Origin: Azolla caroliniana
Taxonomy: Eukaryota; Plantae; Polypodiophyta
Direction: 5' to 3'
DNA length: 64,000 nucleotides
Assembly (NCBI GenBank): GCA_043228905.1
Contig: JBHGNT010000010.1
Coordinates: 13,268,001-13,332,000 of the forward strand
In this document: positions 29,394 through 42,949 of the stretch, in pieces
How positions within the stretch are numbered: the stretch's first letter is position 1
Layout: every line of letters starts with the position of its first letter
The notes under the pieces: generated by a model
The model's database searches: none
What the model saw: the letters and a program-made list of their open reading frames with translations, nothing else
Told to the model about the DNA's origin: nothing
Made by a program: the position numbers and the translations under genes

Positions 29394-32300
29394 AGGCGAA
29401 ACCAAAGAAACCTTGTACCATAAGTAGGAAGTTTTGTTTCTCCGACAACGGAGGGTGTACGATAGTTGGCGTCATTGGCCGAGAAAAGACAAGGACGGAA
29501 GAGCGACTTCGGGCGTGCGGAGTTCTCGGGCCCAACGAGGAAATCAACGGAGCCGTGGAGGCGGTCTCCCTCGACGATACCTTGGGAATACTGCGAGAGG
29601 TGGTCGGAGAAGGCCTTAAAGAGGACCGGACGATACCGTTTTGTTCAGAAGAGATGTACGAAGTCATCGCGGACTTCAGTCGGGGGCTCGAGTCGGATCG
29701 GACGGCCCGGGTTAACACAAAGTACAAGACTGTGGACCGGAAGGTAAGGCCAATCGCGGCACCCTTACTGGAGGGCAGCGAGTTGCGAATCAAGGGGGTC
29801 GCGTCGGACCCTAGTTTACGAGATCCGGCCTGCATAGGACACACCTTCACCGACAGAACGCTACGGGAGCTCAAAATCGGTGGGGGCGGTTTCCTACTGC
29901 CGGCGGAAGAAGACCAGTTTCGGAGAATGTTCGGAAGGCATGGGAAAGCCTTCGCATTCTTACCGGAAGAGATCAGGTGCGTAGACCCGACAGTCGTGAA
30001 GCCGATGGTGATATTCACGGTACCGCATGTGCCGTGGAATCTCAAACCAATTCCGGTACCGAGAGCTCACATCCCAGAGCTGATGGAGCTATTGAGACAG
30101 AAAGTCGATATGGGCATCCTCGAACCGTCGAGTGCCCCGTACTCGAACCGGTGGTTTACCGTACCGAAGAAGAACGGGACGTTGCGCTTCATTCAAGACC
30201 TGCAACCGGTCAACAGAGTGACCATTCGGAACGCAGGAATTAGACCAACGATAGGCGAGTTCGCGGAGGCCTTCGCCGGAAGGTCGATCTACTCGGTCGG
30301 TGATCTGTACTCGGGGTACGATCAGTTCCAACTAGCCGTAGAGAGCAGAGACATTACGACGATGCGAACTCCTCTCGGCCTAGTGCGGATGTGTACCCTG
30401 CCACAAGGAGGGACGAACTCGGTGGCCCACATGGTGAATGCGATGAACAAGGTGCTGAGGGATTGTATCCCGGACATCACCATGCCATTCTTGGATGACA
30501 TCCCGATCAAGGGATGTCTGGTGGAGAAAAGGGACGAAACAATCGGACCGGACGGATGCAGGAAATTCGTGGCGACACACATTGACGACTGCAAGAAGGT
30601 GCTGCAGAGGCTAGAGGACGCGAGGCTCACCTTCTCCGGGGAGAAATCGGCCTTCGGGCAATCAGAGATCATGGTCGTCGGACATCTATGCAGACCGTAT
30701 GGCCGGAAACCGTCTCCGGCTAAGGTAGAAGCCATCTCCGCAATGAAGCCCGACTGTAACTCGGTCACGGAGGTACGGAGGTTCTTGGGAGCATGCACTT
30801 TCTACCACATATGGATCCCGCATTACGCCCACGTTGCCGAGCCGCTATACGGGTTGCTGAAAAAGCGGCGAAAATTCGAGTGGCGGGACGAGCATACGGA
30901 GTCGGTTCGAAAGATGAAGGAGGATCTTGCTGCAGCTCCGACACTCCGGAAGGCTGTCTACGAGAAAGGTACTCCCATCTACATGATGGTAGATACGAGT
31001 CCGACTGGGATCGGATGGGTCGTCAACCAAGAAGATGAGGACGGCATTCGGTTCCCAATCCGGTTCGGCGCGAAGGTCCTCAGCGAGTGACAGCGAGGAT
31101 ACGCCCAGGTTAAACGCGAACTTTGGGGTATCGTTTCGGCGGTAAAGGCCGATAAAGACTATCTGATCGGGACAGAAGTGATTATCGAGACGGACTTCCT
31201 GCCGATTCTCGGCATGGTTTCCGGATGTGCAACCCCGGACCTGGCAATGCTCAGGTGGATAGCGTACATCAAGTCCCTGTGCCCGGAAATACGACACATT
31301 TCCGGGAAAGACAATGCCATGGCCGACATGCTTTCGAGGGTGTGATTCGACGACGAAGGCGGCATGGTTTCGGAGGACGAGGAAGTCGGCGTGGACTTCT
31401 TCGAGGCGGCTTATGTAACAACCGAGGGGGGGAGCACTCCGGCGCTTAACGATTTCAACGAGAGCAAGTACGACGGGGAGTGGCTGCAGATTGGGGGATT
31501 CTTAAGGACCAAGAACGAGGCCAACCGGATCCGGAAGAAAGCGTACCGATTCTTTCTCCGGGACGGATACTTGTGGAAGCACCCGAAGAAGAGAAACAAC
31601 ATCCCGCTCCGAGCAGTGGCGATGAAGGAGGAACAGGAGGAGTTATTGAAGGCCTACCACGACAGCCCCTAGGCTGGACACCGTGGGACGTGGGCCACAT
31701 TCGAGAAACTAAAGGGGAAGTACTGGTGGCCGGGACTGTACCGGGACGTGCATCGGTTCGTGACAACTTGTGAGAGTTGTCAGATACACTCCATAGTCCG
31801 ACATTGGGACAAGCTTCACCCTACATATCCTCCGGCCATCCACTTCAAATGGATGGTAGATTTGGTGACGATGCCGATGGGCGTAGGGCAGATGCGATAT
31901 CTGGTGCTGGCCCGGGAGGACCTGACGAGCCAGGTGGAAGGCCGAGCCCTGCAGAACAAAACGACCGCGGCCGTGTGTCGGTTCCTGATCGAGGATGTGA
32001 TATGCCGGTACGGGTGCGTCGGGAAGATCGTGGCTGACCGCGGGGAGTTGGACGCCGAAGAGGCCGAGGCGTTGTTCGACCGGTTAGGGGTCAAGCTCTC
32101 GCTCACCATAGCGTACAATCCGGAGGCGAACGGGAAGGTGGAGCGCGGACACGGACCGATCGTCAAAGCGCTAGTCTGGGCATGCGGAGGCCAGGTCGGG
32201 AACTGGCCACGACTGTTACCTTATGCCTTGTGGGCGGACCGGACAACGCACAGTTCGGTAACCGGGTTCATGCCGTCAGAGCTCATGTTCGGACAGAAGC

Positions 32301-32878
32301 CGATCATGCCGATGGAATGGACGATCTCCTCTTGGGTGACAGTGGACTGGAGAGACGAGATGAGCTGGGAAGAACTGCTAGCGGCGCGTATACGGCAGCT
32401 CGAGCGGAGTCCAGGGGACGTGGAACAAGCGGCGGAGAGACTTCGGACGGCGAGGATAAGGAACAAAGCCCGGTTCGACCGAACCTACCGGCTCCGACCA
32501 AAGAGAATCGAGGAAGGCGACTGGGTGCTAGTCTACGACAGCAGCCTCGACAACCAGCACCGGGCAACACGGAAGTTTGCAAAGCGGTGGTTTGGGCCTT
32601 ACTTGGTAACGAGCGCCAACGACAACGGGACGTATCACCTGGCGGAACTCGACGGTACGAGGATGGCGGTACCGGTAGTAGGGAAGCGGATCAAGGCGTT
32701 CAAGAAGCGCCACGACGGCAAACCGGATGTAAGAGGCCTGGACAGCGACGACGAACAGTCTGAAACGGAGGACGAACCAATGAACAAGGAACCGGAACCC
32801 GGACCGGTTTTCTCCAACCAGAACCCAATTTTGGCGCATACCGATGGATGCACGGTTAGGTGGGGGCGGATGTCGTGA
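29321..32878 (+). pseudogene. pol: Element D ORF2: RT, RNase H, integrase
   Basis: FIQDLQPVN, DLYSGYDQ, LPQGGTNS, MPFLDD, VDTS, H..GH..CESCQ, VADRG, NGKVERGH, WFGPY; a few in-frame stops (31088, 31670). Confidence 0.93.
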
Positions 32879-33606
32879 AGAAAACCGTCCCTTAGCGCAA
32901 TCGGTGTATAGCGCACGGAAACCGGCTCTTCACGCGTGCGCGCCCTCTTATGTATATAATAAAGGATTAGGTACAAAGGTATATCCTAGGTAGTTAGATT
33001 CGGTAGGTAGGAAGTTAATGAGGGAAGCGGCTCCCTTCTGGAAGCTATAAAAGAGAGGGAGGCGTGGGGAGAAAGGGATCGCGCATTGAGGAGGACGAAG
33101 TGCTGTCGGACCGTAACCGAACGCTTCTCCTCTGTTCATTCTCCATCGCTCTTCTCTGCAGGATTTCGGGAGGCTCGCGCTGCTTCGAGGAACGCCCGTG
33201 TGCTTCCGGCAGCACCTCCATCCTATCCCCTTTCGTGCGCAGACGAGCAGGCATCGACATCTGTTCGCCGGCCTGTTCGGTTGTAACCGCTCGCGTGCTC
33301 TGTTCTTTTGTGCCATTTGTTAATATACAAACATTTGTGTCTCTCTGTCTCTGTGTCCATTCGTGTTTTCTGCGTTGACGGGCCGTGTCCCTGTGTTTCT
33401 TTGCTCATACGTAACCGGTCTTCTCTCTCTTTCTCTTTCCCCTCCTATCACCTGCTCTTCGGCTCAAGACCCCGGTGGTCCCGCCTCGTTTCTCCACGTA
33501 CGCGCGTAGTAACGCGACAACGTTCTACACCGTCTTCTCTCTCTTAGTACTAATTCGCATCTTTTAGTACTAATTCCCTCTCCATCTTAGTATTGTTCCT
33601 AACAGT

Positions 33607-33618
33607 TTGAACCGATTT
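33607..33618 (+). promoter_or_regulatory. Self-priming PBS of element F
   Basis: TTGAACCGATTT is the exact reverse complement of AAATCGGTTCAA (26385-26396), which lies 33 nt after the LTR TATA box. Confidence 0.8.
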
Positions 33619-33677
33619 CCCCTCATCCTCTTACCCCTCCTTCCTTTCATACTAATGCTCTTATCCTCCCTAGTAAA

Positions 33678-36600
33678 ATGGCAATTGTTAGCACTCAGGA
33701 ATACCAATCTGTTTTCTCAGAGTATCAGTGCTTAAAAGAGAAGTTTGTAGCACTAGAACAAGAAAATCATCGTCCGTTGGGGGATCTTCAACAACATGGG
33801 GAGCTGACGTTACGTGTACAACAACTTGAAGCGACCATTGTATCACTACAACAACAAGGATCAAGTGCTCAAGGGACTCACAAAGAACCCAAGATTGGAG
33901 TTCCTATGAAATTTGATGGGACCTGATCACAGTTAAGAGGTTTTCTTAATCAGGTACGCTTAGTGATTCAAATGCATCATTCTCGATATCCCACCGATGC
34001 ATCATGAGTGGGACTAGTAGGCACTCAGTGGCACGGCTTTGGCATGGTTCACCCCCCTGTTAGAACAAAACTCTCCCTTGTTAAATAATTTCGAAGAGTT
34101 TATTAGCGAGTTTAAATCCTGTTTTGGAAATACCGACAGTGTTAGGACGACAATCAACAAAATCTGAAGATTGCGCCACGGTGAGCGGCCAGCCTCGGCT
34201 TATGCTGTGGATTTCAGTCTTCTCGCCACTGATATTCCCTAGGATGACCAAGCATTAATGGAGTAATTTCGTTTTGGCCTACGTAATGATGTCAACGATT
34301 TACTCTTAACTTTCCCCGAAGAGCCAAAGTCATTGACAGAAGCAATCAGTCGCGCGATGCGATGTGATAACGGCCTTTCCGAACTACGTTCGGATAGTTC
34401 CAAATGCCAAGGACAGGATCAAAGCCCACCTACGCCTCAATTGTAGCAGAATCTTTTCGAAGGGAGTCATATAATGTGTCTCCAGCAAATACTCCAACTC
34501 CGATGGAAATCGACACCACACGTCGTCGTAGACCATTATCAAAAGAGGAAAAGCAGCGATGCAGAGCAAATCAACTATGTCTCTATTGCATTGGACTAGG
34601 GCATATTGCGGTGAACTGTCCCATAGGCCAAAAAGATAGGTAAACCAAATAGTCGCTCGTTCTAATTTTACTAAACTCGAGTCTATTTCAATAGGAATAT
34701 CTAATAGTCCTAATAGTACTAATAGCCCAAGCCTTTTAAACAAATTTGAAATCCATTTGTGGTTGGACAACCCTAGATCTGTGCATCCCATTAGTGGTTC
34801 CATTAATTTTGCCCACGCTCATTAGATATCCCTAAGAAAACTTTCTTGCCCAACATCTATAGTAGTTATTGATGGTCGTCTCATTGCTTTCGGAAAAATT
34901 GTAGAAGAGTCAGAGTTGATTCAAGTTGTCCTAGATAACTTGGTGTAGGTAGTATCATTTAATATAATTAGTAGTCCAGACCATCCAATTGTCTTGGGGT
35001 TACCATGGTTCGAATTACATAACCTAGACATAGATTAGAGAACAAGAGAAATCTGGGGATCTACTCATAGGATTGCAACCATTTCGTTACGTCAATTGCA
35101 TGAGGAAGGACGAAGGGAATCAATGTTTGTCTTCGTAGTATTAGTAAAACCTTCCAACACCAGTAAAGAGGAATCCACAGTTCAACTTGTAGAGAAGTAT
35201 CGTCATTATGCTGATGTGTTCAATAAGGTACAAGCCAATACGCATCCTCACCACTGACCGTATGATTGCCCCATTGATTTACAACCGGTAAAAGAGCCAC
35301 CATGGGGCCCGATCTACAACTTGTCACCAACCGAGCTAGAAGTCCTTTGAGCCTATTTAGAGGAGAATTTGGCAAACGGTTTTATTTGACATTCGAAATC
35401 TCCAGTTGGCGCACCCATTTTCTTTGTCAAGAAAAAGGATGGATCACTTCGTTTCGTCGTAGATTACCATGGCTTGAATAAGGTCACCATCAGGAATAGG
35501 TATACACTCCCCCTTATCTCAAGTCTTTTAGAACGGATCAATGGTGCAAGTTTCTTCACAAAGATCGACTTATGAGGAGCATATAACATCGTACGGATCT
35601 GACCAAGAGATGAATGGAAGACCGCGTTGCGCACAAGATATGGGCGATTTGAGTATATGGTCATGTCATTCGGTCTCAGTAATGTACCAACAGTTTTCCA
35701 ACACATGGCAAATGATATCTTCCGAGATCTCTTGGATGTTTTTTTGATCATCTATTTGGATGATCTACTAGTTTATTTGAAGACCCAAGAAGAGCATGAT
35801 TCTCATGTATTGTTAGTACTAAAATGGCTTCGAGAACATGGTCTGTATGCAAAACTAGAAAAATGTAGTTTTGAGTGCAACCAGGTGGAATTTCTGGGCT
35901 ATTTCATCTCCTCGAAAGGCATCGCTATGGATCCAGCTAAGGTCAAAACTGTGATAGAGTGGCAGACTCCATGTTCGTTGCGAGATGTGCAATGCTTTTT
36001 AGGCTTTGCCAATTTTTACCGCAAGTTAATACAAGATTACTCAAAGCTTATTCCACCTCTCACATAGCTTACCAAGAAGGGTTAGTCATTTGTTTGGTCT
36101 AAAGAAGCGGACATGGCTTTTGAGAGTCTTAAAAAGGCATTCACATCAGCTCCTATTCTAGCTCATGCTGATCTGGAAAAACCTTTCATCATTGAGGCGG
36201 ACGTGTTGGATTTCTCCTTGGGTAGCATTCTTTCACAACAAGGCGATGATGAAAAGCTACAGCCTGTGGTTTTCCACTCATGCAAGTTTGACGCCGCCGA
36301 AATCAACTATGAAATTCACGATAAAGAGCTATGAGCAATAGTGGACTCTTTTACGCAATGGAGGCATTTTCTAGAGGGATATTCTCATCAAGTCACCGTA
36401 TTAGGTGATCACAAAAATCTTGCCTACTTCCATAATGCTCGTGTATTAAATTGACGTCAAGCTCAGTCGGCCCAATTCCTCACTTGTTTCGACTTCAAAA
36501 TTACATATCATCCTGGGAAGTAGCAAGAGAAGGCAGATGCGTTATCGTGGCGCTCGTATCTAGCACCGCATCCCAGTGAGCCAACATTCGATCACCAAAA

Positions 36601-36770
36601 GCAAGTAATCCTGGGACCAACACGACTGCAAGGAACACGGGTTTTCGATATGCCATTAGATTCCCACATTATAGATACCATACGTGATGACTTGAAAACA
36701 GATTCTTTTGCTCAAGCCAATCTAGCACAAATTGATCCCTCTCGGGCATCTTGTTCACTATCGTAACAAC
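33678..36770 (+). pseudogene. Element F gag-protease-RT-RNase H remnant
   Basis: PMKFDG, TPMEID, CLYCIGLGHIAVNC, IVLGLPW, RYGRFEYMVMSFGL, YLDD, NYEIHDKEL; many stops. Confidence 0.92.
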
Positions 36771-37072
36771 CAAGTCTTAAGTCTTATAGCTATTTTTGTA
36801 CTTACTCTTCATATAATATAATATATCTTTTGTTACCATCATTCTCTCTCTCGATCTCTCCTCTCTTTCATTCTCTCTCTATCTCCTTCTCTCGTGAGTT
36901 CTACAACCTTTTCTCTCTCTTAGTACTAATTCGCATATTTTAGTACGTCTTTGTCTTAGTATTGTTCCTGACAGATATAACGGCCTCCCCTTGCTCTATA
37001 AAAGGAGACGTTTGATACTGTTTTTGGGGATTGGTGATTTGGGAGGAGGAAGTGATGTCGGTTTGAGTGCCC

Positions 37073-37113
<41 letters not shown>

Positions 37114-37137
37114 GTGTGCTTTGTACTGACTCCAAGA

Positions 37138-37971
37138 CATGGTTGTTTACATACCCGTAATTAACGTTTAAATACGTATAGTACCTCATCATTTGTATAA
37201 TACGTACTATACCTCAATGTTGTTCAGTCAAATATCATGTACATTTGTCCAATACGGTATTTAACATATTTATAAAAAAACAGATATAATACGTATTTAT
37301 AAACAAAATGCAAGTAAATCCCCAACAAAAAGCAAAAGAGAAAAAAGATTTTAGTGAAAACGAAGCCAAAGGAAGGAAGAAAGAAGAATAGACGAGATGA
37401 CGATGAAGAAGATGATGAAGAAGAAGAAGAGAGAGAGAAAAGAAGACATAAACATGTCATGACTCTGAGTGTGATAATCACAGAAGATAGAAGAAGAAGA
37501 AGAAAACGAAGAAAAGAGAAACCTATCATGAGTTTGATAATCGTAGATGATTCCTCAATCTATGAAGATATAATTGTAAATAATTACAATTTGAAGTAGA
37601 ACATCGTGATACACACTTACACTGATTTATAGAATAAAGGAATGTCGACATCCATATTACTACAAGTATTTTAGGATGTGAAATGTTCAAATATCTTATA
37701 TGCATTTTAGGATGTAGAACTATATTGTACATCACAAAATTGTGTAAATATAGATGTTTTTTACAATATTATAGATGTTTTTTAGAAAGGTAAATAATTT
37801 TCAAATTCTAGAAGTATTTAATGTACTATACGTAAAATACGTATTTTATAAGTACTTGACTTATTAAGAAAACATATTTAACGTATTTTTAAATTGGGAG
37901 GTACTATACGCGTATTAATACATTATATACGTATGGTATCTGTACCGTACGTAACGTACCTAACAACCTTG
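37138..37971. mobile_element. Non-autonomous hAT-like DNA transposon (834 bp)
   Basis: TIR CATGGTTGTT / AACAACCTTG (9/10); 8-bp TSD CTCCAAGA / CTCCAGGA (37130-37137, 37972-37979); many subterminal TACGTA-like motifs. Confidence 0.75.
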
Positions 37972-38425
37972 CTCCAGGAAGAAGGTGAAGCCTCTGCTCG
38001 TGTAGGAAGCCCGTGAGCCCGCTACAGAGGCTCATCGTCCTGAGTTTTGTGTGTGTGCATGTTTTGAGAGCGCGTATCTTTGATATCGGTCAGGTTCGGT
38101 TGTATTCCTCTTTGTATAAACTATTTCGTTTCATTGTATCCGATTTCTCTCTCTGCGTGGTGTGCACATCTCCATTCTGTCTCTGTCTGTTGATCGCGCT
38201 TACCCGAATCCCAACCCCGTTAACCAACGACCGGTCCGGAACAAACACATTTTTGATTCTGCACACTCACTATCCGGCATTTGGAACCTGATCCGGGCCG
38301 TGTATGTGAGCGGTAACCGATCCGACGAATACCTTAGGAAGCCTGTCCTACTCTCACCGGCTCCTTGGTCCGAGACCCCCGTGGTCCCGCCCTGTTTCGA
38401 CACATCCACGCAAAATACCGTGACA

Positions 38426-41400
38426 ACGGTAGAGGCATATGGTACCTTCATCATGTCCTACTTCTCTGCCTTCGTCTTCGGACTATGTTTTCAGGACAGT
38501 TTGCAATTTGCCGGAAGTGTCAATATCGGCTTCGCATCCGACATGTTGAACCTTTGTCACATACTTCTCCTATGATAGCCACAACTATTTCTTCATCTGG
38601 TCCTGGATAATATGCATTCCCAGAATCTACCTTGCCAGACCTAGATCTTTCATTGAGAAGGTCCGGTTCAAAGCCTTCTTTAGATTTCCGATTTTGATCC
38701 GGTCCGGTCCGACGATCAACATGCCATCCACATACAGTAGGAGTATCAGGAAGTCGCCTCTGTCAAATTTCTTCACGAACACGTAGTGGTCGATCTGCGT
38801 CTTGTGGTATCCTTGCTCAGTCATGAAGCAGTCGAACTTCCGGTACCAGAAGACCAAGTTCTCCTTCCCTTTCTGGTCGAATCCTTCCAGTTGTTGCATG
38901 TACATCTCCTCCTCTAGGTCTCCATGAAGGAATGTCTTCTTGACATCTAGTTTCTCTACCTCGAGGTCCATGCTTGCTGCTATTCTTAACACCGTCCGGA
39001 TGGATGTCATCTTAACTACCGGGGCCAAGATCTCGTCGAAATCCACTCCCTTTTCCTGCCAGAAGCCCTTCACTACTATCCGAGTTTTGTATCTTGGTGG
39101 ATTTCCGGCGTCCCCTAGTTTCAGCTTGTACACCCACTTGTTCTGAAGCGCTCTCTTTCCTTTTGGCATCTCCATCAATTCATGTGTGTGGTTCTCATGC
39201 AGGGAATCCATCTCATCGTGCATGGCACTTAACCACTTGCGGCTTTGGGTGTCTTTCTTTGCTTCTTCGAAGCTTTCTGGCTCCCCCTTGTCGGTCAACA
39301 ATACATGCTCTGCATTCGGAAATCTCCGAGGGGCTCTTCTTTCTCTGAGAGGATCTCCGTCCTTGGTTCTCAACTACCGGTTCCTCCGTCTATTCTTCAT
39401 CAGAATCCGATTCGGGTTTTTGTCCGGTTCCGGTGTCCAATTCTTCTTCTTCGGTCGATTTGGTTTCTTGTCTGAACACGGCCAGTTCTTCAAGTGTCAT
39501 TCGGCATCCGGCCGGATGGGTCCTTGTATCTTCCGACCAATCTCTATCGGTCAACCTAGAGTCCATTATCTTCTTCTCCGAGTCCCAATCGGCAATGTTC
39601 TTGTCTTCTATGAAGACTATGTCTCAACTCCGGAATACCTTCTTGTCGACCAAGTTCACACTCAGTAACTGAATTCATCATCATCGTAACCATGGAATAT
39701 GCATGGCCGAGACTTTGGATCCAATTTCGCTCTCTTGTCCTTCGCAACATGCATGTAGGCGAGATTGCTGAACACGTTTAGATGCCAGTAAGACACGTCT
39801 TTACCGGTCCATAATTTCTACGTTGACTCTCCTTCCAAGGACGTTGAGAGTGATATGTTTATCACGTGCATCGTTTTCATTAGCACCTCAGCCCAAAACG
39901 TCTTGGGCAGCTTAGCATGTGCCAACATGCTCGGAACTCTCTCCATCACAGTTTGGTTCATCCTTTTGGCTAATACGTTCAGTTTTGGCGTCTTTGGCAC
40001 GGTAAATTCGAGCCAGATTCCCTTCGACCGGTAATACTCCTTGAACTGCCCCCGGTATTCTCCTCCATTGTCCGCTCAAACCGCCTCCAACTTCCGACCG
40101 GTTCGGATAATACTTGGTCATCTATGAATGTCACGAAGTACTACGATCCAGCATCTGACTTCCTATCCACTTGGCATACATCGGTATGCACAAGTTCGAA
40201 TGGTGCATTTTGTCTTGACATGGGTGGGGTTGAAAGAGGTTCAGTTTTGCTTGCCTGCGAAGCAGTCGGTGCACTTCTCAAGATGCATGTCTTTCACCTC
40301 CGTAATGAGGTTATCCTCAGGAAGTTTTTTCATCCCTTTCTTGCTCATGTGACACAACCTCTTGTGCCACAGGTCACCGACATCGTCGGATGCCACATTC
40401 ACTTCTTCCCAACATATCAGGGCATGCATCAGGTATAGTGTGTTGATCTTTCGGGCTCGAGCCACAATCAGGCTTCCTCTGCAAAACTTCATGACTCCAT
40501 TCTAGATGCTACCCGTGTAGCCCCCATCATCCAGTCAACCGGCCGATATCAGGTTCAACCGAACCTCCGGAACGTGTCGGACATCCTTCAATAGCAACTT
40601 GCACCAGGCTGATGTTGTCAAACACACATCTCTTATGCCGACAATTCGGCATGTACCTTCATTTCCCATCCTCACACATTCGTGATCTCTTGTTCTATAG
40701 GATGTGAAGTAGTTCCGGTTAGGGGTAAGATGGAACGATCCGCCGGAGTCGACCACCCACGTCGTTTCGTCGCTGACAAGATGTAGCTCGTTTTCCTCGA
40801 TGATGAACAACAACTCTTCCTCGTTTGTCACGATTGCCAATGAGATCCATACTTCTCCTGTTTAGACCCTTCTTCGAGTCTACATTGTCGGTTCCTTTCT
40901 CCTTCCAGAAGTGTCGGCAATTCTTCTGGAAGTGCCCCGGCTTTCTGCAATAAAAGCAAGTGGGCCTCCCCCTTGACTTCGACCTTGTCCCCGATTTGTC
41001 TCAGTTTTGGGACTCCGATTTAGGCCTCCTCCCCGATTATGGTCGTCTTCCGTAACCAAGCCCTTCGGATCGGTTCCGGATTCCTAGTCCTTCGGCGACC
41101 TTCTTCATCCAGCAAGCTTGATTTTACTCGTGTTAGGGATACTTGTTTTCATTTCGGCCCAGCGTTGCCGAAGGTGACAACTAACGTCTCCCAACTATCC
41201 AAGAGGGAATCAAGCAACAATAACGTGAGTACCTCGTCGGCTAGAGGTACTTGCAATGAGGTTGTTTGGTTTATTAGCCCTTGGAATGCATGTATGTGCT
41301 CTGCCATACTGGATGTGTCTTGGTACCGAAGTCTCACTAACTTCTAGAATATCGAAACCCGATTTACGGCTTTCTTGCTCTCGAGCATGGTGCTGATTTT

Positions 41401-41655
41401 CTCCTAGAGCTCATTTGCCTTGTTCTCTTCATTTAAGTTATTGTACAGTCTCATGTCAATGAAGCATCTTATGTATGCCGTCATCTTCATATGCATCACC
41501 TCCCAGGTCGCGACATCGATCTTGTTCAACTTCTTGTCTCAAAACTATACCGGCAACCAGAGATCTTTAACCACTAGCATGTCCCTCATCTTTGACTTCC
41601 ACATTGGGTAGTTGGGGCTGGTGAGCTTGAACATGCGACCAAATGATTCTTCCAT
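38426..41655 (-). pseudogene. Copia element E (Tnt1-like) gag-pol remnant, 3' end cut by element C
   Basis: WVVDSG, LWHKRLCHMS, KRMNQTVMER, EPESFEEA, KWVYKLK, FLHGDLEEE, LLLYVDGML. Confidence 0.93.
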
Positions 41656-41685
41656 TTTCTTTCTTTCTTTGAAGTTTACAACTTT

Positions 41686-42202
41686 GCTCTGATACCAGAT
41701 TGTGCAGAATAGGGGTTGGCCACAACCGATTTTTAATCACTCAATGGAAAAAAACAAAGAATTGAAAATAGAAATAAGACAAACACAAGATGTTAATGTG
41801 GAAAACCCTAATAGGGAAAAAACCACAGGAGCCCACAGACTCTAACTATCACTATGAAAGGAGGGATACAATGCGAGACTCACATGCAATGACCTCGAGC
41901 TCTATGTCTTCGCCAACCAACGGTTACAATAGAAAATACTTTCTGTTTCTCTCTCACTCTCTCAACAACATTACAACACTATTTCCCTAGTTATATTTAT
42001 ACTCATATAATTTATCATCTATTTACAAATATGACCTCAACGGTCATGTCTGAACATATTTACCAATATGTTCCTATTTGCTTGTTCATACCAGATCCGG
42101 CCGGACTCGTTCCGGCTCCATCCGATCCGGTATCCGGTTCCTCCCTTCGTCCCCTCTTATCCAACTCGTCCGGTTCTATTTGGAGGGACCTGTTTCTCAA
42201 CA
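41686..42202 (-). repeat. PBS (tRNA-iMet) and 5' LTR (41701-42202) of copia E
   Basis: TGGTATCAGAGC on the minus strand at 41686-41697; LTR TG...CA, related to solo LTR 57195-57836. Confidence 0.88.
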
Positions 42203-42949
42203 TGTTAGACCTATGTCTTTAGTGTATTGTAGATAATGAAGAACTCATTTTAAAGCATTCCAATAAGCTATTTCGGGATTTTGCATAAATCTAGAAAGAA
42301 AACCAATTGAGTAAGACAAATCCAAATGTGTACAACTCACAAGGTACCTTATACTTCCAAGGATTTGTCGATAAAAAAGTGATTTCATGAGCTGCTATTC
42401 TTCCACGGTCTTTGGACTATCATTGGATGATAGTTTGCATGGTACGATCATTGGTGTTGCAATAGGTTTATAGTCAGACATCTTGAACTTGTGAAGAATT
42501 TTTTCGACCAACTTCCGTTGTGACATGGTAACTGTGTCGTCCGTCCTATTCCTTGCTACCTTGATACCAAGGCAATACTCTAGTGGTTCAAGGTCTTTGG
42601 CAGGAAACTTCTCCTTGAGTTTATTTATAGCCTTTCGCATTGAAGTACTAGAGTTAGAGGCAATTGGTAAATCATCAACATACACACCAATGATTACATA
42701 GTCACTTCCTTCTTTACGAATGTAAAGATTTGGCTCGGCTTGAAGACACTGAAAATTAATTGACATAAGAAATGTATGGAGCTTATAATGCCACATTCGT
42801 GGAGATTGTTTCAAACCATACAATGACTAATGAAGCTTACAAACATACTTTGGGAATTTTGAATCTTCAAAAAATGGCGGTTGTTGCATGAATATTTCGT
42901 CATTTAAGTCACCATGTAAAAACACAGTTGGAGATTAAAATCGGTCGAA

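Larger units (their letters stand above)
26513..33519 (+). mobile_element. Full-length gypsy element D (tRNA-Trp primed, 4-bp TSD), lightly decayed
   Basis: 649-bp LTRs 26513-27161 and 32871-33519; TSD ACGT (26509-26512, 33520-33523); PBS 27166-27183; PPT AGGTGGGGGCGGA before 32871. Confidence 0.96.
26036..36973 (+). mobile_element. Degenerate Tf1/sushi/Tcn1-like gypsy element F (5' LTR 26036-33604 split by D; 3' LTR truncated ~36774-36973; integrase deleted)
   Basis: LTR TGTTGAGGAA...TTCCTAACA, matching 3' part ends TTCCTGACA; no matching TSD; non-tRNA PBS. Confidence 0.85.
25913..38425 (+). repeat. 3' LTR of element C, in pieces (25913-26035, 36974-37137, 37972-38425) split by element F and a hAT insertion
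   Basis: Starts TGTCGTGGGAAATTTCGG after the PPT; ends CCCCGTGGTCCCGCC...CGTGACA like the D LTR; followed by ACGG. Confidence 0.75.

Noticed and set aside
37224-37735. Short charged or hydrophobic ORFs inside the hAT-like element
   Set aside because: They arise from GAA/GAT low-complexity sequence and show no transposase motifs.
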